DNA from: an uncultured Clostridia bacterium
GTDB taxonomy: Bacteria; Bacillota; Clostridia; Oscillospirales; UBA644
Assembly (NCBI GenBank): GCA_948443805.1
Contig: CAOJUB010000002.1
Location: 4,910 to 68,909, forward strand
DNA: 64,000 bases
Direction of reading: 5' to 3'
Shown: positions 16,468 to 25,612 of the stretch, one piece after another
Numbering within the stretch: the first letter of the stretch is position 1
Layout of the letters: each line of letters begins with the position of its first letter
Position numbers and translations under genes: made by a program
The notes under the pieces: model-generated
What the model was told of the DNA's origin: nothing
The model's database searches: none
Seen by the model: the letters and a program-made list of their open reading frames with translations, nothing else

Positions 16468-17769
16468 TTAATCTTTCTTCATATACTTTTTACTGCTGCC
16501 GCGGCCGACTATAACGATTAGTCCTTCTTTTTCCATTTGCTTCATCAGCGTATAGGCGCGAGTGTTTTTGATTTCGAGTAATTCTTGCACCTCGCTGTCG
16601 GTGATTTGACCGTTTTCTTCAATGAAATCAAGGACAATCTGCATTTGGGGAGTGATGGCTGCCGTCGCAGTCATCGTTTCTTTCGCATTATTACTGTTCA
16701 TATTGGGAAGAACGATTTTGAAAGTATTCGCCGTAACTTCAATACGGGGCTGAACAGCGCAATTACTGTAAAAATTATAAATTCTGCGAATACCCGTGCC
16801 GTAGGATTCAATCAAGTGCAGACGGTGAAATACTTCTGCAAGTTTTTTGTTGCGCGGCTGAGAAATTCCGCTGCGAATATCGTCAGGAGATAAGCCGGGC
16901 AACAAGCCGCCTATTGATATAAATTCCATCTCGTTATCATTCACGTTGATAATGATACTGCCGCTGAAACTGTAATCGCGATGCACGATTGCATTGAGTA
17001 ATGCCTCGCGGATAGCTTCCTGCGGATAGTCGGAGCTTTCCACTCTCTCCAATCCTTTGAAGGTTGAGACTGTTTTATTGCATAGCATCAGATAGCCGAA
17101 AGAATCCTCAAGCTGTTCAAAAATTGAGCCTGTGAATTCTTTGCTGTCGCGGAATTCAGTGTTGGAATCATTTCCGAACACAGCAACCTTTGTTGTGTGC
17201 AGACACTGGTCGGATAAGAGGAGAGCCAGATTGGTGTAAAGCGAATTGGAATCGTCGGTAATTCCGAGGACGCGATATTTTTCCTCTGAGAACTCCACAT
17301 TATATTTTTTGAACATTTTCTCTGCGGCGTGGAAGGAAAGGGATTGTTCCATAGAACGCATATCTTCAAACACATCGCCGTCCGATTCTTTAATCATTCG
17401 GCGGATTTGTTCAGGAGAAGCCTGCGTGCTTGACGCGCCTTGGCGGATATATACGCCGCTGGGTTTCAAACCCTTTGATTTGAGATAATACGGCTTATAG
17501 CTACCCTCGCCGACAGTAATTTTTACGACCTTATTGTCCTGTAACGTGTATTTTATAAACATCGTAACATCCGGCTGAATAGCGTCTCGAATACCATTGG
17601 TAATTCTTGTGTAGGTTTCGTCTACGTTATCAATGCCAACCACATTACCGTTATCGTCAATTCCGATATATATCGTTCCGCCGTCCGTATTTGCAAAAGC
17701 AATTACTTCTTTATAAATCTCATCCGTAATCTGTAATTTAAATTCAATATTTTCGGTTTCAAATTTCAT
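16468..17769 (-). CDS. AlbA_2 (Schlafen-like) + HATPase_c_4-like + C-terminal wHTH protein ('putative transcriptional regulator' type)
   Basis: ENIEFKLQITDEIYKEVIAFANTDGGTIYIGIDDNGNVVGI; REALLNAIVHRDYSFSGSIIINV; C-terminal ELLEIKNTRAYTLMKQMEKEGLIVIVGRGSSKKY. Confidence 0.8.
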   Translation of the reverse strand: MKFETENIEFKLQITDEIYKEVIAFANTDGGTIYIGIDDNGNVVGIDNVDETYTRITNGIRDAIQPDVTMFIKYTLQDNKVVKITVGEGSYKPYYLKSKGLKPSGVYIRQGASSTQASPEQIRRMIKESDGDVFEDMRSMEQSLSFHAAEKMFKKYNVEFSEEKYRVLGITDDSNSLYTNLALLLSDQCLHTTKVAVFGNDSNTEFRDSKEFTGSIFEQLEDSFGYLMLCNKTVSTFKGLERVESSDYPQEAIREALLNAIVHRDYSFSGSIIINVNDNEMEFISIGGLLPGLSPDDIRSGISQPRNKKLAEVFHRLHLIESYGTGIRRIYNFYSNCAVQPRIEVTANTFKIVLPNMNSNNAKETMTATAAITPQMQIVLDFIEENGQITDSEVQELLEIKNTRAYTLMKQMEKEGLIVIVGRGSSKKYMKKD

Positions 17770-17801
17770 GGGAAAATGCCTCCGTATTATATTACAATAT
17801 C

Positions 17802-17830
17802 ATTATACTCTTTTTTTTCACAAAAATCAA
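17802..17830 (-). promoter_or_regulatory. Promoter of the AlbA_2-type gene (TTGATT-N17-TATAAT)
   Basis: rc: ttgatt tttgtgaaaaaaaagag tataat, located about 30 nt upstream of the ATG at 17769. Confidence 0.5.
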
Positions 17831-17838
17831 CCGAATAA

Positions 17839-17863
17839 AGTGAAAATTCAGCGAATTTTCACT
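17839..17863. repeat. Perfect 11-bp inverted repeat with a 3-nt spacer (agtgaaaattc agc gaattttcact), just upstream of the -35
   Basis: Read directly from the sequence. It is operator-like. Confidence 0.55.
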
Positions 17864-17963
17864 TTAAAAGAGAATAAACCTACACAATTTTGTGTTTCGT
17901 ATGCCTCAACCGGTGCTTTTTATTGCACTGCCAAATGGGTGATTTTCGTGTGAAAACACCCGC

Positions 17964-18022
17964 AGTTCTATCAAAAATTCTAATAGGCTTTCCCGAAAAT
18001 CCGCTAGAACTCGATGAAATCG
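17964..18022 (+). repeat. Copy B of the imperfect ~59-bp direct repeat (partner at 6449-6507), at the AT-rich/GC-rich transition
   Basis: See copy A. Confidence 0.5.
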
Positions 18023-18154
18023 GAGGAGACTTTCAGACTCGGATTTTCACTGTGTTAATGTAAGAAATTCAGGGGCACTCAAAAAGTATCGAGAGAAACT
18101 GTCAATCTCCTCCAGCAGATAAAAAAACGAATACAGAAGCATTTCCGTCTGTAT

Positions 18155-18209
18155 TTTACCTCGATTTTACAGGATCAGGATAACGGATTTGATGTTTGGC
18201 CGGTATAAT
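18155..18209 (+). promoter_or_regulatory. Pho box (four hexamers at 11-bp phase: tttacc/tttaca/aggata/tttgat) + 10 nt + TATAAT; pstS promoter
   Basis: Hexamers sit at 18155, 18166, 18177 and 18188, with the -10 at 18204-18209. The same geometry recurs at 24592 and 28118. Confidence 0.65.
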
Positions 18210-18254
18210 AAAGCCGTAATCCCAAAAGGTATTAAAAAATCAAAGGAGATTTTG

Positions 18255-19118
18255 ATGATGAAAATGAAAAAAATACTGGCATTGACGCTTGCGGCGGTCT
18301 GCGCTCTCGGTATGTTCGCGGGATGCGGAAAGCAAAATCCCGGGGACGGTCAGGAAACGGATCATAACAAGCAAAAAACGGAGATAACCGGTACGGTAGC
18401 GACCGACGGCTCCACCTCGATGGAAAAAGTGATCGGATCGCTGAAAGAAACCTTTGAGGCAGAAAACAAGGGGATCACCGTTACCTACAATCCCACCGGC
18501 TCCGGCACGGGAATTACGGCTGTATCCGAGGGACGTTGCGATATCGGACTTTCCAGCCGTGATCTGAAAGACGAAGAAAAAGCAAAAGGACTTACCGGAA
18601 CGGTCATCGCTTACGACGGTATCGCCATTATCGTCAATCCTGAAAATACGGTTTCTGATCTTACCATCGAACAGATTGCAAAAATCTACACCGGTGAAAT
18701 CAAAAACTGGAAAGAAGTCGGCGGCAAGGACGCAGAAATTGTATGTATCGGCAGAGAAGCCGGCAGCGGCACCCGCGACGGCTTTGAATCCATTACAGGA
18801 ACAAAAGATAAATGCACCTTGAAACAGGAGCTTACCTCTACCGGCGACGTTATTACCACGGTTGCGGGGAATCCCGGGGCAATCGGCTATGCTTCTCTTG
18901 CTTCTGTCAAGGACAGCGTAAAGGCGCTCAAGGTCGGGGGCGTGACGCCGAGCGAGGAGACGATCAAGGACGGAAGCTACAAGGTTCAGCGTAATTTCGT
19001 GCTGGTAACAAAGACCGGCGGAAAACTGTCCGACGCGGCGCAGAAATTCTTTGACTATATTACATCGGCGGAGGCTTCAGTGGTCATCAAAAAGGCGGGC
19101 GCCGTCCCTGTAAAGTAG
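18255..19118 (+). CDS. pstS: Phosphate ABC transporter substrate-binding lipoprotein PstS
   Basis: The RBS aaaggag precedes the ATG at 18255. Signal/lipobox MMKMKKILALTLAAVCALGMFAGC. Typical PstS motifs include GSGTG and GREAGSGTR. Confidence 0.9.
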   Translation: MMKMKKILALTLAAVCALGMFAGCGKQNPGDGQETDHNKQKTEITGTVATDGSTSMEKVIGSLKETFEAENKGITVTYNPTGSGTGITAVSEGRCDIGLSSRDLKDEEKAKGLTGTVIAYDGIAIIVNPENTVSDLTIEQIAKIYTGEIKNWKEVGGKDAEIVCIGREAGSGTRDGFESITGTKDKCTLKQELTSTGDVITTVAGNPGAIGYASLASVKDSVKALKVGGVTPSEETIKDGSYKVQRNFVLVTKTGGKLSDAAQKFFDYITSAEASVVIKKAGAVPVK

Positions 19119-19130
19119 AGTATGAGGAAA

Positions 19131-19156
19131 GCGGCGGCAAAAAAGCCGCCGTTTTT
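19131..19156 (+). terminator. Intra-operon hairpin (gcggcggc-aaaaaa-gccgccg) plus T-run between pstS and pstC
   Basis: Read directly from the sequence. A partial terminator after pstS is common in pst operons. Confidence 0.5.
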
Positions 19157-19176
19157 CACACCTTGAAAGGAATGTA

Positions 19177-20052
19177 GTGATGAAGAAAAAGAGAGTATTT
19201 GAAAACATCATACACGGCATATTCCTGATACTGGGGCTTGTTACGGTCGGTTTCGTTCTGCTGATTACGGTGTATCTTATCATATCAGGTATTCCTGCGA
19301 TCCGGGAGATCGGATTATTTCCATTTCTGTTCGGAAGGACTTGGGCTTCCACTGCCGCCGAGCCGTCCTACGGGATTCTGCCGTTTATTCTGACCAGTAT
19401 ATACGGTACAGCAGGAGCTATCGTAATTGGTGTACCGATTGGGTTTATGACCGCCGTGTATCTTGCCAAGCTTGCGCCGAAGGGCGTAAAATCCGTTATG
19501 AGCGCAGCGGTCAGCCTGCTTGCGGGAATCCCCTCGGTGGTGTACGGTCTGGTGGGAATGATCGTGCTTGTTCCCGCGGTGCGGAAGTTATTTCATCTGC
19601 CGGACGGGGCAAGTCTGTTTGCGGCAATTATTGTTTTAGCGGTTATGATTCTCCCGTCCATTATCAAAGTGTCAGTCACCGCGTTGGAAGCCGTTCCGAA
19701 GGAATATGAGGATGCTTCTTTAGCGCTTGGCGCAACGCCTGCGGAAACCTATTTTCGGGTGTCCGTTCCCGCTGCCAAAAGCGGCATTGCGGCGGCTGTC
19801 GTGCTGGGCGTAGGGCGCGCTATCGGCGAGGCGATGGCGGTTATGATGGTGGCAGGCAATGTCGCCAATATGCCGTCTCTGTTCGGAAGCGTGCGCTTTC
19901 TTACCACAGCGGTCGCCTCGGAAATGTCCTATTCAAGCGGATTACAGCGGCAGGCGCTGTTTTCCATTGCTCTTGTGCTGTTTCTCTTTATCATGCTGAT
20001 AAACGCGGCGCTGAATTTCTTTTTGAAGCGGGATAAGGAGGGCGGAAAATGA
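19177..20052 (+). CDS. pstC: Phosphate ABC transporter permease PstC
   Basis: A multi-TM protein with operon position and sequence typical of PstC (..ASEMSYSSGLQRQALFSIALVLF..). Confidence 0.9.
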   Translation: MMKKKRVFENIIHGIFLILGLVTVGFVLLITVYLIISGIPAIREIGLFPFLFGRTWASTAAEPSYGILPFILTSIYGTAGAIVIGVPIGFMTAVYLAKLAPKGVKSVMSAAVSLLAGIPSVVYGLVGMIVLVPAVRKLFHLPDGASLFAAIIVLAVMILPSIIKVSVTALEAVPKEYEDASLALGATPAETYFRVSVPAAKSGIAAAVVLGVGRAIGEAMAVMMVAGNVANMPSLFGSVRFLTTAVASEMSYSSGLQRQALFSIALVLFLFIMLINAALNFFLKRDKEGGK

Positions 20053-20897
20053 ACAGAGGACGAAAATGCTACATTCTTGGGATGAAGCTGCTTATGTGGC
20101 TGTCGGCAGGAATCACGGCGGCGCTTACGCTGTTTCTGCTCGGATATATCCTGCTGAAAGGGATTCCCTATATCACATGGGAGCTGCTTTCCACAAAACC
20201 CAGTTATATTGCAGAGCGAATCGGCATTCTGCCGGATATTCTGAACACCCTGTACATCATCTTTGCAACGCTTGTTTTCGTGATTCCTCTTGGTGTGGGA
20301 GCGGCGATCTATCTGACCGAATATGCAAAGAACAAACGGCTTGTCGGTATGATCGAATACGCGGCGGAAACCCTGTCGGGAATTCCTTCAATTATTTACG
20401 GTCTTGTGGGTATGCTGTTCTTCTGCACATTTCTGAATTTGAAAACCTCACTGCTTGCGGGAGCGCTGACACTGGTAATCATGAATCTGCCGACCGTCAT
20501 GCGCACGACCCAGGAGAGCCTCAAAACCGTGCCGCAAAGCTACCGTGAAGGCGCTTTCGGACTGGGCGCGGGCAAATGGCGGGTAATCCGTACTGTGGTG
20601 CTCCCCGGATGCGTAGACGGTGTGATTACGGGCTGTATTCTTTCTGTCGGCAGAATTCTCGGAGAGTCGGCGGCGCTGCTGTTCACTGCCGGAATTGCAC
20701 ACGATTTATATGGACTGTTTGAAGGTCTTTCAAACTCGGGAAGTACGCTGACAGTGGCTCTGTATGTTTATGCGAAGGAACAGGGCGAGTTTGAGATAGC
20801 CTTTGCCATCGCCGCAATTCTGATGATTCTGACGTTGCTAATCAACCTTGCCGCCGCCCTTATCAGCCGCTATTTCAAAAAAAGGAGAAGCCTATGA
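20049..20897 (+). CDS. pstA: Phosphate ABC transporter permease PstA
   Basis: Overlaps the pstC stop by 4 nt. It is a multi-TM protein containing [24 protein letters not shown]. Confidence 0.9.
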   Translation: MNRGRKCYILGMKLLMWLSAGITAALTLFLLGYILLKGIPYITWELLSTKPSYIAERIGILPDILNTLYIIFATLVFVIPLGVGAAIYLTEYAKNKRLVGMIEYAAETLSGIPSIIYGLVGMLFFCTFLNLKTSLLAGALTLVIMNLPTVMRTTQESLKTVPQSYREGAFGLGAGKWRVIRTVVLPGCVDGVITGCILSVGRILGESAALLFTAGIAHDLYGLFEGLSNSGSTLTVALYVYAKEQGEFEIAFAIAAILMILTLLINLAAALISRYFKKRRSL

Positions 20898-21649
20898 GCA
20901 GTATCATGACAATAAAAGACCTGTGTTTATGGTACGGTAAAGCACAGGCGCTGAAAAATATCAATATGGAAATCCCCGAAAAAAGTATTACAGCACTAAT
21001 CGGTCCGTCGGGATGCGGAAAATCCACGTTTTTGAAAACGCTGAACCGAATGAACGACCTGATAACCGGCGTCAGAATTACAGGCGATGTAATATATAAC
21101 GGAAAGAATATCTATGATTCCTCCGTAGACATCAACGAACTGCGGAAGAATATCGGCATGGTGTTCCAGAAGCCGAATCCGTTTCCCATGAGCATTTACG
21201 ACAACATTGCCTACGGCCCGCGCACCCACGGCATCAGAAGCCGCGCAAAACTTGACGATATTGTGGAGCGTTCATTGAAAAATGCGGCGATTTGGGAGGA
21301 AGTCAAGGATCGGCTGAAAAAGAACGCGCTGGGGCTTTCCGGCGGTCAGCAGCAAAGGCTCTGCATCGCCCGCGCCCTTGCGGTAGAGCCGCAGATTCTT
21401 CTCATGGACGAGCCGACCTCGGCGCTCGACCCTATCTCCACCTCGCATATTGAAGAGCTGGCCATGAAGCTGAAAGAAAAATATACCATTGTTATTGTAA
21501 CGCACAATATGCAGCAGGCGGTGCGTATTTCAGATAATACGGCGTTCTTCCTCTTGGGAGACTTAGTGGAGTTTTCCGAAACGGAAACGATGTTCTCACA
21601 GCCGAAGGATAAACGGACAGAGGATTATATTACAGGGAGGTTCGGATAA
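20894..21649 (+). CDS. pstB: Phosphate ABC transporter ATP-binding protein PstB
   Basis: Walker [10 protein letters not shown], signature LSGGQQQRL, Walker [12 protein letters not shown]. Confidence 0.95.
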   Translation: MSSIMTIKDLCLWYGKAQALKNINMEIPEKSITALIGPSGCGKSTFLKTLNRMNDLITGVRITGDVIYNGKNIYDSSVDINELRKNIGMVFQKPNPFPMSIYDNIAYGPRTHGIRSRAKLDDIVERSLKNAAIWEEVKDRLKKNALGLSGGQQQRLCIARALAVEPQILLMDEPTSALDPISTSHIEELAMKLKEKYTIVIVTHNMQQAVRISDNTAFFLLGDLVEFSETETMFSQPKDKRTEDYITGRFG

Positions 21650-22291
21650 ATGCGGTCAAAGTTTGATGAACAGTTAGAGCTGCTTCATAAGGAAATGATT
21701 GAAATGGGCGCGCTTTGCGAGAATGCCATCGCGCTGGCGGCAAAGGCGCTTTCTGAGGGAAATATTAAAATTGCGGATACGATTCCTGAACTGTCCGCCG
21801 AGATAGACCGAAAGGAACGGGACATTGAAACCATGTGCATGAAGCTGCTCTTACAGCAGCAGCCGGTGGCAAAGGATTTGCGAACGATTTCCTCCGCACT
21901 GAAAATGGTAACGGATATGGAGCGCATTGGAGACAATTCCGGCGATATTGCAGAGATTGTGACTATGGCGAACATCTCACCCTCCGATAATACAAAGCAT
22001 ATTCAGGATATGGCGAGAGCGACCATAAAAATGGTAACCGACAGTATTGACGCATTTGTAAAGCGGGATATAAAGCTGGCAAGGGCGGTGATTGCCTATG
22101 ACGATGTGGTGGACAGCTATTTTGACGAGATCAAAACAAGCCTGATCGCGCGGTTCGGAGACCCTACGGCAAATGGTGAAAAAGTCCTCGATCTTCTGAT
22201 GATCGCCAAGTATTTTGAGCGCATGGGCGATCATGCGGCGGAGATTGCAAAATGGGTGCTGTTCTCTATTACGGGAAATAAAGAAGGATAA
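21650..22291 (+). CDS. phoU: Phosphate signalling regulator PhoU
   Basis: Two PhoU repeats (MERIGDNSGDIAE / FERMGDHAAEIAK), directly after pstB. Confidence 0.9.
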   Translation: MRSKFDEQLELLHKEMIEMGALCENAIALAAKALSEGNIKIADTIPELSAEIDRKERDIETMCMKLLLQQQPVAKDLRTISSALKMVTDMERIGDNSGDIAEIVTMANISPSDNTKHIQDMARATIKMVTDSIDAFVKRDIKLARAVIAYDDVVDSYFDEIKTSLIARFGDPTANGEKVLDLLMIAKYFERMGDHAAEIAKWVLFSITGNKEG

Positions 22292-22298
22292 AAAATAT

Positions 22299-22336
22299 GC
22301 AGGCTGCGGGACAAAACTCCGCAGCCTGTTTTATTT
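22299..22336 (+). terminator. Rho-independent terminator of the pst-phoU operon
   Basis: gcaggctgcgg-gacaaaact-ccgcagcctg followed by ttttattt. Confidence 0.8.
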
Positions 22337-22430
22337 ATAAATTGACGAGATTGATTTTTCGCTCTGTCTGTTTAATGTTATAACCGCCTCGAATTCGGCT
22401 TATTGTATAAAAAATTTAACAAACGGAGAA

Positions 22431-22459
22431 TTGACAAATCATAGAAAATGAAGTATAAT
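22431..22459 (+). promoter_or_regulatory. Consensus promoter TTGACA-N17-TATAAT
   Basis: ttgaca aatcatagaaaatgaag tataat. Confidence 0.7.
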
Positions 22460-22465
22460 AAATTG

Positions 22466-22600
22466 AATAAAGGGAGTAGCTTGCATAGAATCTTCTGTGT
22501 TTATGAAGCCGTCAGTACGATCTTTAAGATCCGGTTTTGTAATGAAATGGCGAGACTTTGTCGATATTAAACGGCAGGGCTTTCGCCATTTTTATTTTGC
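22466..22600 (+). promoter_or_regulatory. yybP-ykoY-like (Mn2+) riboswitch leader with terminator
   Basis: The 5' conserved block is AAAGGGAGUAGC (22469-22480) and the 3' block is GGCGAGACUUUG (22549-22560); AAAG/CUUU can close P1. The terminator aatggcga...tcgccatt + tttttatttt overlaps the 3' block. Confidence 0.55.
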
Positions 22601-22621
22601 CGTTCATAAGGAGGAACTCCT

Positions 22622-23548
22622 ATGGAGATAGTTTTGCAGTCAGCGTTTCTTGCGCTGGGTTTTCTGATGCTGACAAAGGGCGCCGACTGGTTTGTCGACG
22701 GCGCGTCGGGAATAGCGTCCAAGCTTAAAATTCCGCAGCTTATCATCGGGCTTACCGTGGTTGCCATGGGGACAAGCGCGCCGGAAGCGGCGGTCAGCAT
22801 ATCCTCGGCCTTAAAAGGAACGGCGGATATAACCATCGGAAATGTGCTGGGAAGCAATATAATAAACATTCTGATTATTTTAGGGCTTTCCGCAGTTATT
22901 GTTCCGCTTTCCGTCCGTCAATCAACGATCCGTCATGAAATTCCTTTTTTACTCGGAATCACCGCGCTTTTTCTGGCGCAGGGCATAGACGGCGTTATCG
23001 GAAAGCTTGACTGCGCGATACTGCTGCTCTGCTTTTTCGGTTATATTGCATACCTGTTTACCACGGCAAAAAAGCAGACGGTAAAGGAACCGGAATTGAA
23101 AGTCCGTCACAAACCGTGGCAGCTTATTTTTTTAACGGTTGCAGGACTTGCATTGATTATTTTCGGAAGCGATATGGCGGTGGACGCCGCTACCGCCATT
23201 GCAAAACGTATCGGAATCAGCGAACGGTTTATCGGACTGACGATCGTTGCTCTCGGCACATCGCTTCCGGAGCTGTTCACCTCGGTAACCGCAGCGAAAA
23301 AGGGAAACGCGGATATCGCCATCGGAAACATTGTAGGCAGCAACATTTTCAACATTCTGTTTGTCACAGGCCTTTCAGCGCTGCTCATACCGGTACCGTT
23401 TGCACATTCCTTTATTTTCGATATCGGAGTTGCCATCGTATCGATACTGTTATTATTGATTTTCTGTCTCAAAAAGAAAAAACTGAGCAAATTACACGGC
23501 GCATTAATGCTTTTAGGATACACGTGTTACTTTATTTATATTCTGTAG
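22622..23548 (+). CDS. Ca2+/cation antiporter, CaCA (YrbG-like) family
   Basis: Two alpha-repeats: GNVLGSNIINILIILG and GNIVGSNIFNILFVTG. Confidence 0.85.
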   Translation: MEIVLQSAFLALGFLMLTKGADWFVDGASGIASKLKIPQLIIGLTVVAMGTSAPEAAVSISSALKGTADITIGNVLGSNIINILIILGLSAVIVPLSVRQSTIRHEIPFLLGITALFLAQGIDGVIGKLDCAILLLCFFGYIAYLFTTAKKQTVKEPELKVRHKPWQLIFLTVAGLALIIFGSDMAVDAATAIAKRIGISERFIGLTIVALGTSLPELFTSVTAAKKGNADIAIGNIVGSNIFNILFVTGLSALLIPVPFAHSFIFDIGVAIVSILLLLIFCLKKKKLSKLHGALMLLGYTCYFIYIL

Positions 23549-23727
23549 TTTCGTTTAGAAAATGACACACAATCCTATAGTAATTGTAAACGACAGACGG
23601 CGGAAAGCTATACTTTTCACCATCGCTTCTATTTGAAATCTTCTGTAATATCCTCTTCCAAGTTGAAAAACACATTTTTTGTGCTATTATTCTTTTTGAT
23701 ATTGATACATTTGGGGAAGGGAAAATT

Positions 23728-24582
23728 ATGTGGCTTATCATGGCTGTCATGTCTGCATTTTTTGCAGGAATAACTTCTATCCTTGCAAAATACGGCATAA
23801 AAAAGACAGATTCCGATATCGCAACGGCATTGCGGACAGTCGTTGTACTGCTGTTTTCATGGGGTATGGTACTGCTTGTCGGTTCTGCAAAGTCGGTTAT
23901 CGATATAAGATCCCTTGTGTTCTTGGTTCTGTCCGGACTCGCAACCGGCGCCTCGTGGATTTGCTATTTTAAAGCGCTGTCTATGGGAGACGTCAACAAA
24001 GTTGTGCCGGTCGATAAATCCAGCACGATACTTTCGATACTGATTGCGATCATTTTATTTGGTGAAACAGAGCATTTGGCAGTTAAGCTATTCGGTACGG
24101 CGCTTCTTGCAGCCGGCATTTTCCTAATGATCGAAAAGAAACATACGGGAAAAGAAGTCAGGGGCGACAGGTGGATAATTTATGCCGGACTGTCCGCTGT
24201 GTTTGCCGCTCTCACCTCTAGTCTCGCCAAAGTCGGCATAACAGATGTTGAATCGAATCTTGCCACAGCGATACGCACAGGCGTTGTGCTTGTTATAGCA
24301 TGGGGCATTGTCCTAATGAAAGGCAAGCAGAAAGAAATCAAAGAAATAAGCAAAAAGGAATTTGTTTTTATTGCTCTTTCCGGACTTGCAACTGGGGCAT
24401 CGTGGCTCTGCTATTACTATGCAATTCAAAACGGTGTTGTCAGCGTAGTCGTGCCAATTGATAAATTAAGTATTATTTTTACGGTCGCATTCTCCTATTT
24501 TGTGTTAGGGGAAAAGTTCGGCAAAAAAGCTTTTATCGGTCTTTGCTTTATGATATTCGGGACTTTGGCAATGGCAATATAG
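23728..24582 (+). CDS. DMT-superfamily (EamA-like) transporter, tandem-duplicated
   Basis: Two homologous halves (..FAGITSILAKYGIKKTDSDIATALRTVVVLLFSW.. / ..FAALTSSLAKVGITDVESNLATAIRTGVVLVIAW..). Confidence 0.75.
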   Translation: MWLIMAVMSAFFAGITSILAKYGIKKTDSDIATALRTVVVLLFSWGMVLLVGSAKSVIDIRSLVFLVLSGLATGASWICYFKALSMGDVNKVVPVDKSSTILSILIAIILFGETEHLAVKLFGTALLAAGIFLMIEKKHTGKEVRGDRWIIYAGLSAVFAALTSSLAKVGITDVESNLATAIRTGVVLVIAWGIVLMKGKQKEIKEISKKEFVFIALSGLATGASWLCYYYAIQNGVVSVVVPIDKLSIIFTVAFSYFVLGEKFGKKAFIGLCFMIFGTLAMAI

Positions 24583-24591
24583 GAATAGGAT

Positions 24592-24646
24592 TTTACACCG
24601 ATTTTACAATACTGCGGTATCGGATTTGACCTGCTTGCGGTATGAT
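24592..24646 (+). promoter_or_regulatory. Pho box (tttaca/tttaca/gcggta/tttgac) + 10 nt + TATGAT; promoter of the two-component operon
   Basis: Hexamers sit at 24592, 24603, 24614 and 24625, with the -10 at 24641-24646. Confidence 0.6.
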
Positions 24647-24810
24647 AAAATTAAACAAAGGCATTATCCATAGAGGTCGGGAGGCGACAAAAATCTGAAA
24701 ACGGCCCGTTTTTCAGACGCGAAATTTTGCAGCCGCCTCACCGTAAAGTGCAAATATTCAAAGAAAGGCGCGCAAAAGTTCATAAACCTTAGAAAGGCAT
24801 GGTCATAACT

Positions 24811-25491
24811 ATGATTTTTTGTGTGGAAGACGATCAGGCCATACGGGATCTGATGATCTATACGCTGAACTCCGCCGGCTTTGCCGCATCCGGCTTTGAA
24901 GACGGGAAAGCCTTCTTTTCGGCTTTGGAGAAAAACAAGCCGGAACTGATTATGCTGGATATCATGCTGCCCGGCGAAGATGGAATTACTATTCTGAAAA
25001 AGCTGCGCGGCAATACTTCCACCTCGGATATTCCGGTCATTATGGCAACGGCGAAAGGCACGGAATACGACAAGGTGATCGGGCTTGATCTGGGGGCGGA
25101 CGATTATCTCGTAAAACCCTTCGGTATGATGGAGATGACAGCCCGTGTGAAAGCCGTGCTGCGAAGGGCGATTGTAAACGACCGTGCGCTTGTTCTGCGC
25201 GTAGGGAAATTAGAACTGAATATGAACAATCATATCGTTCTGGCCGACGGAAAGCGTATAGAGCTTACCCTGAAAGAATATGAAATGCTCCGGCTGTTTA
25301 TGAAAAATCCCGGCAAGGTTTTTACCCGGGATCAGATTCTCGGTCAGGTTTGGGATTTTGATTATTCGGGAGAAACAAGAACGGTGGACGTGCATGTGGG
25401 AACGCTGCGGACAAAGCTCGGAGACTGCGCCGAATGCATTGAAACCGTCCGGGGAGTCGGATACCGAATGGAGGCAAAGTCTGAAAGATGA
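24811..25491 (+). CDS. OmpR-family response regulator, PhoP/PhoB-type
   Basis: Receiver domain (DDQAIRDL...IMLDIMLPGEDG) plus winged-helix output (RTVDVHVGTLRTKL...VRGVGYR). The ATG at 24811 was chosen because the context aaagg..ataactATG is repeated at the kinase start; the track start is 24799. Confidence 0.85.
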   Translation: MIFCVEDDQAIRDLMIYTLNSAGFAASGFEDGKAFFSALEKNKPELIMLDIMLPGEDGITILKKLRGNTSTSDIPVIMATAKGTEYDKVIGLDLGADDYLVKPFGMMEMTARVKAVLRRAIVNDRALVLRVGKLELNMNNHIVLADGKRIELTLKEYEMLRLFMKNPGKVFTRDQILGQVWDFDYSGETRTVDVHVGTLRTKLGDCAECIETVRGVGYRMEAKSER

Positions 25492-25612
25492 GGAATTTCA
25501 TAACGCAAAATTTGCTGCTTTCAGACGCGATTTGCGCCTTGCGGCTCATACGGCGCCACATTTCGCCGACAGCGAAACCGATGCAAATCGTGAAAAAGGA
25601 ACGGCTATAACT

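Noticed and set aside
18131-18157. Hairpin atacaga-N10-tctgtat called as a terminator feature.
   Set aside because: It has no upstream gene in the orientation where its T-run is strong (minus strand), and it overlaps the first Pho-box hexamer. It is mentioned under the boundary finding only.
25358-25612. N-terminal extension of the histidine kinase ORF (638 aa in the track).
   Set aside because: It overlaps the response-regulator gene in another frame and reads as Arg/Glu-rich nonsense. MTKRIF at 25613 has an RBS and starts directly with the TM helix.
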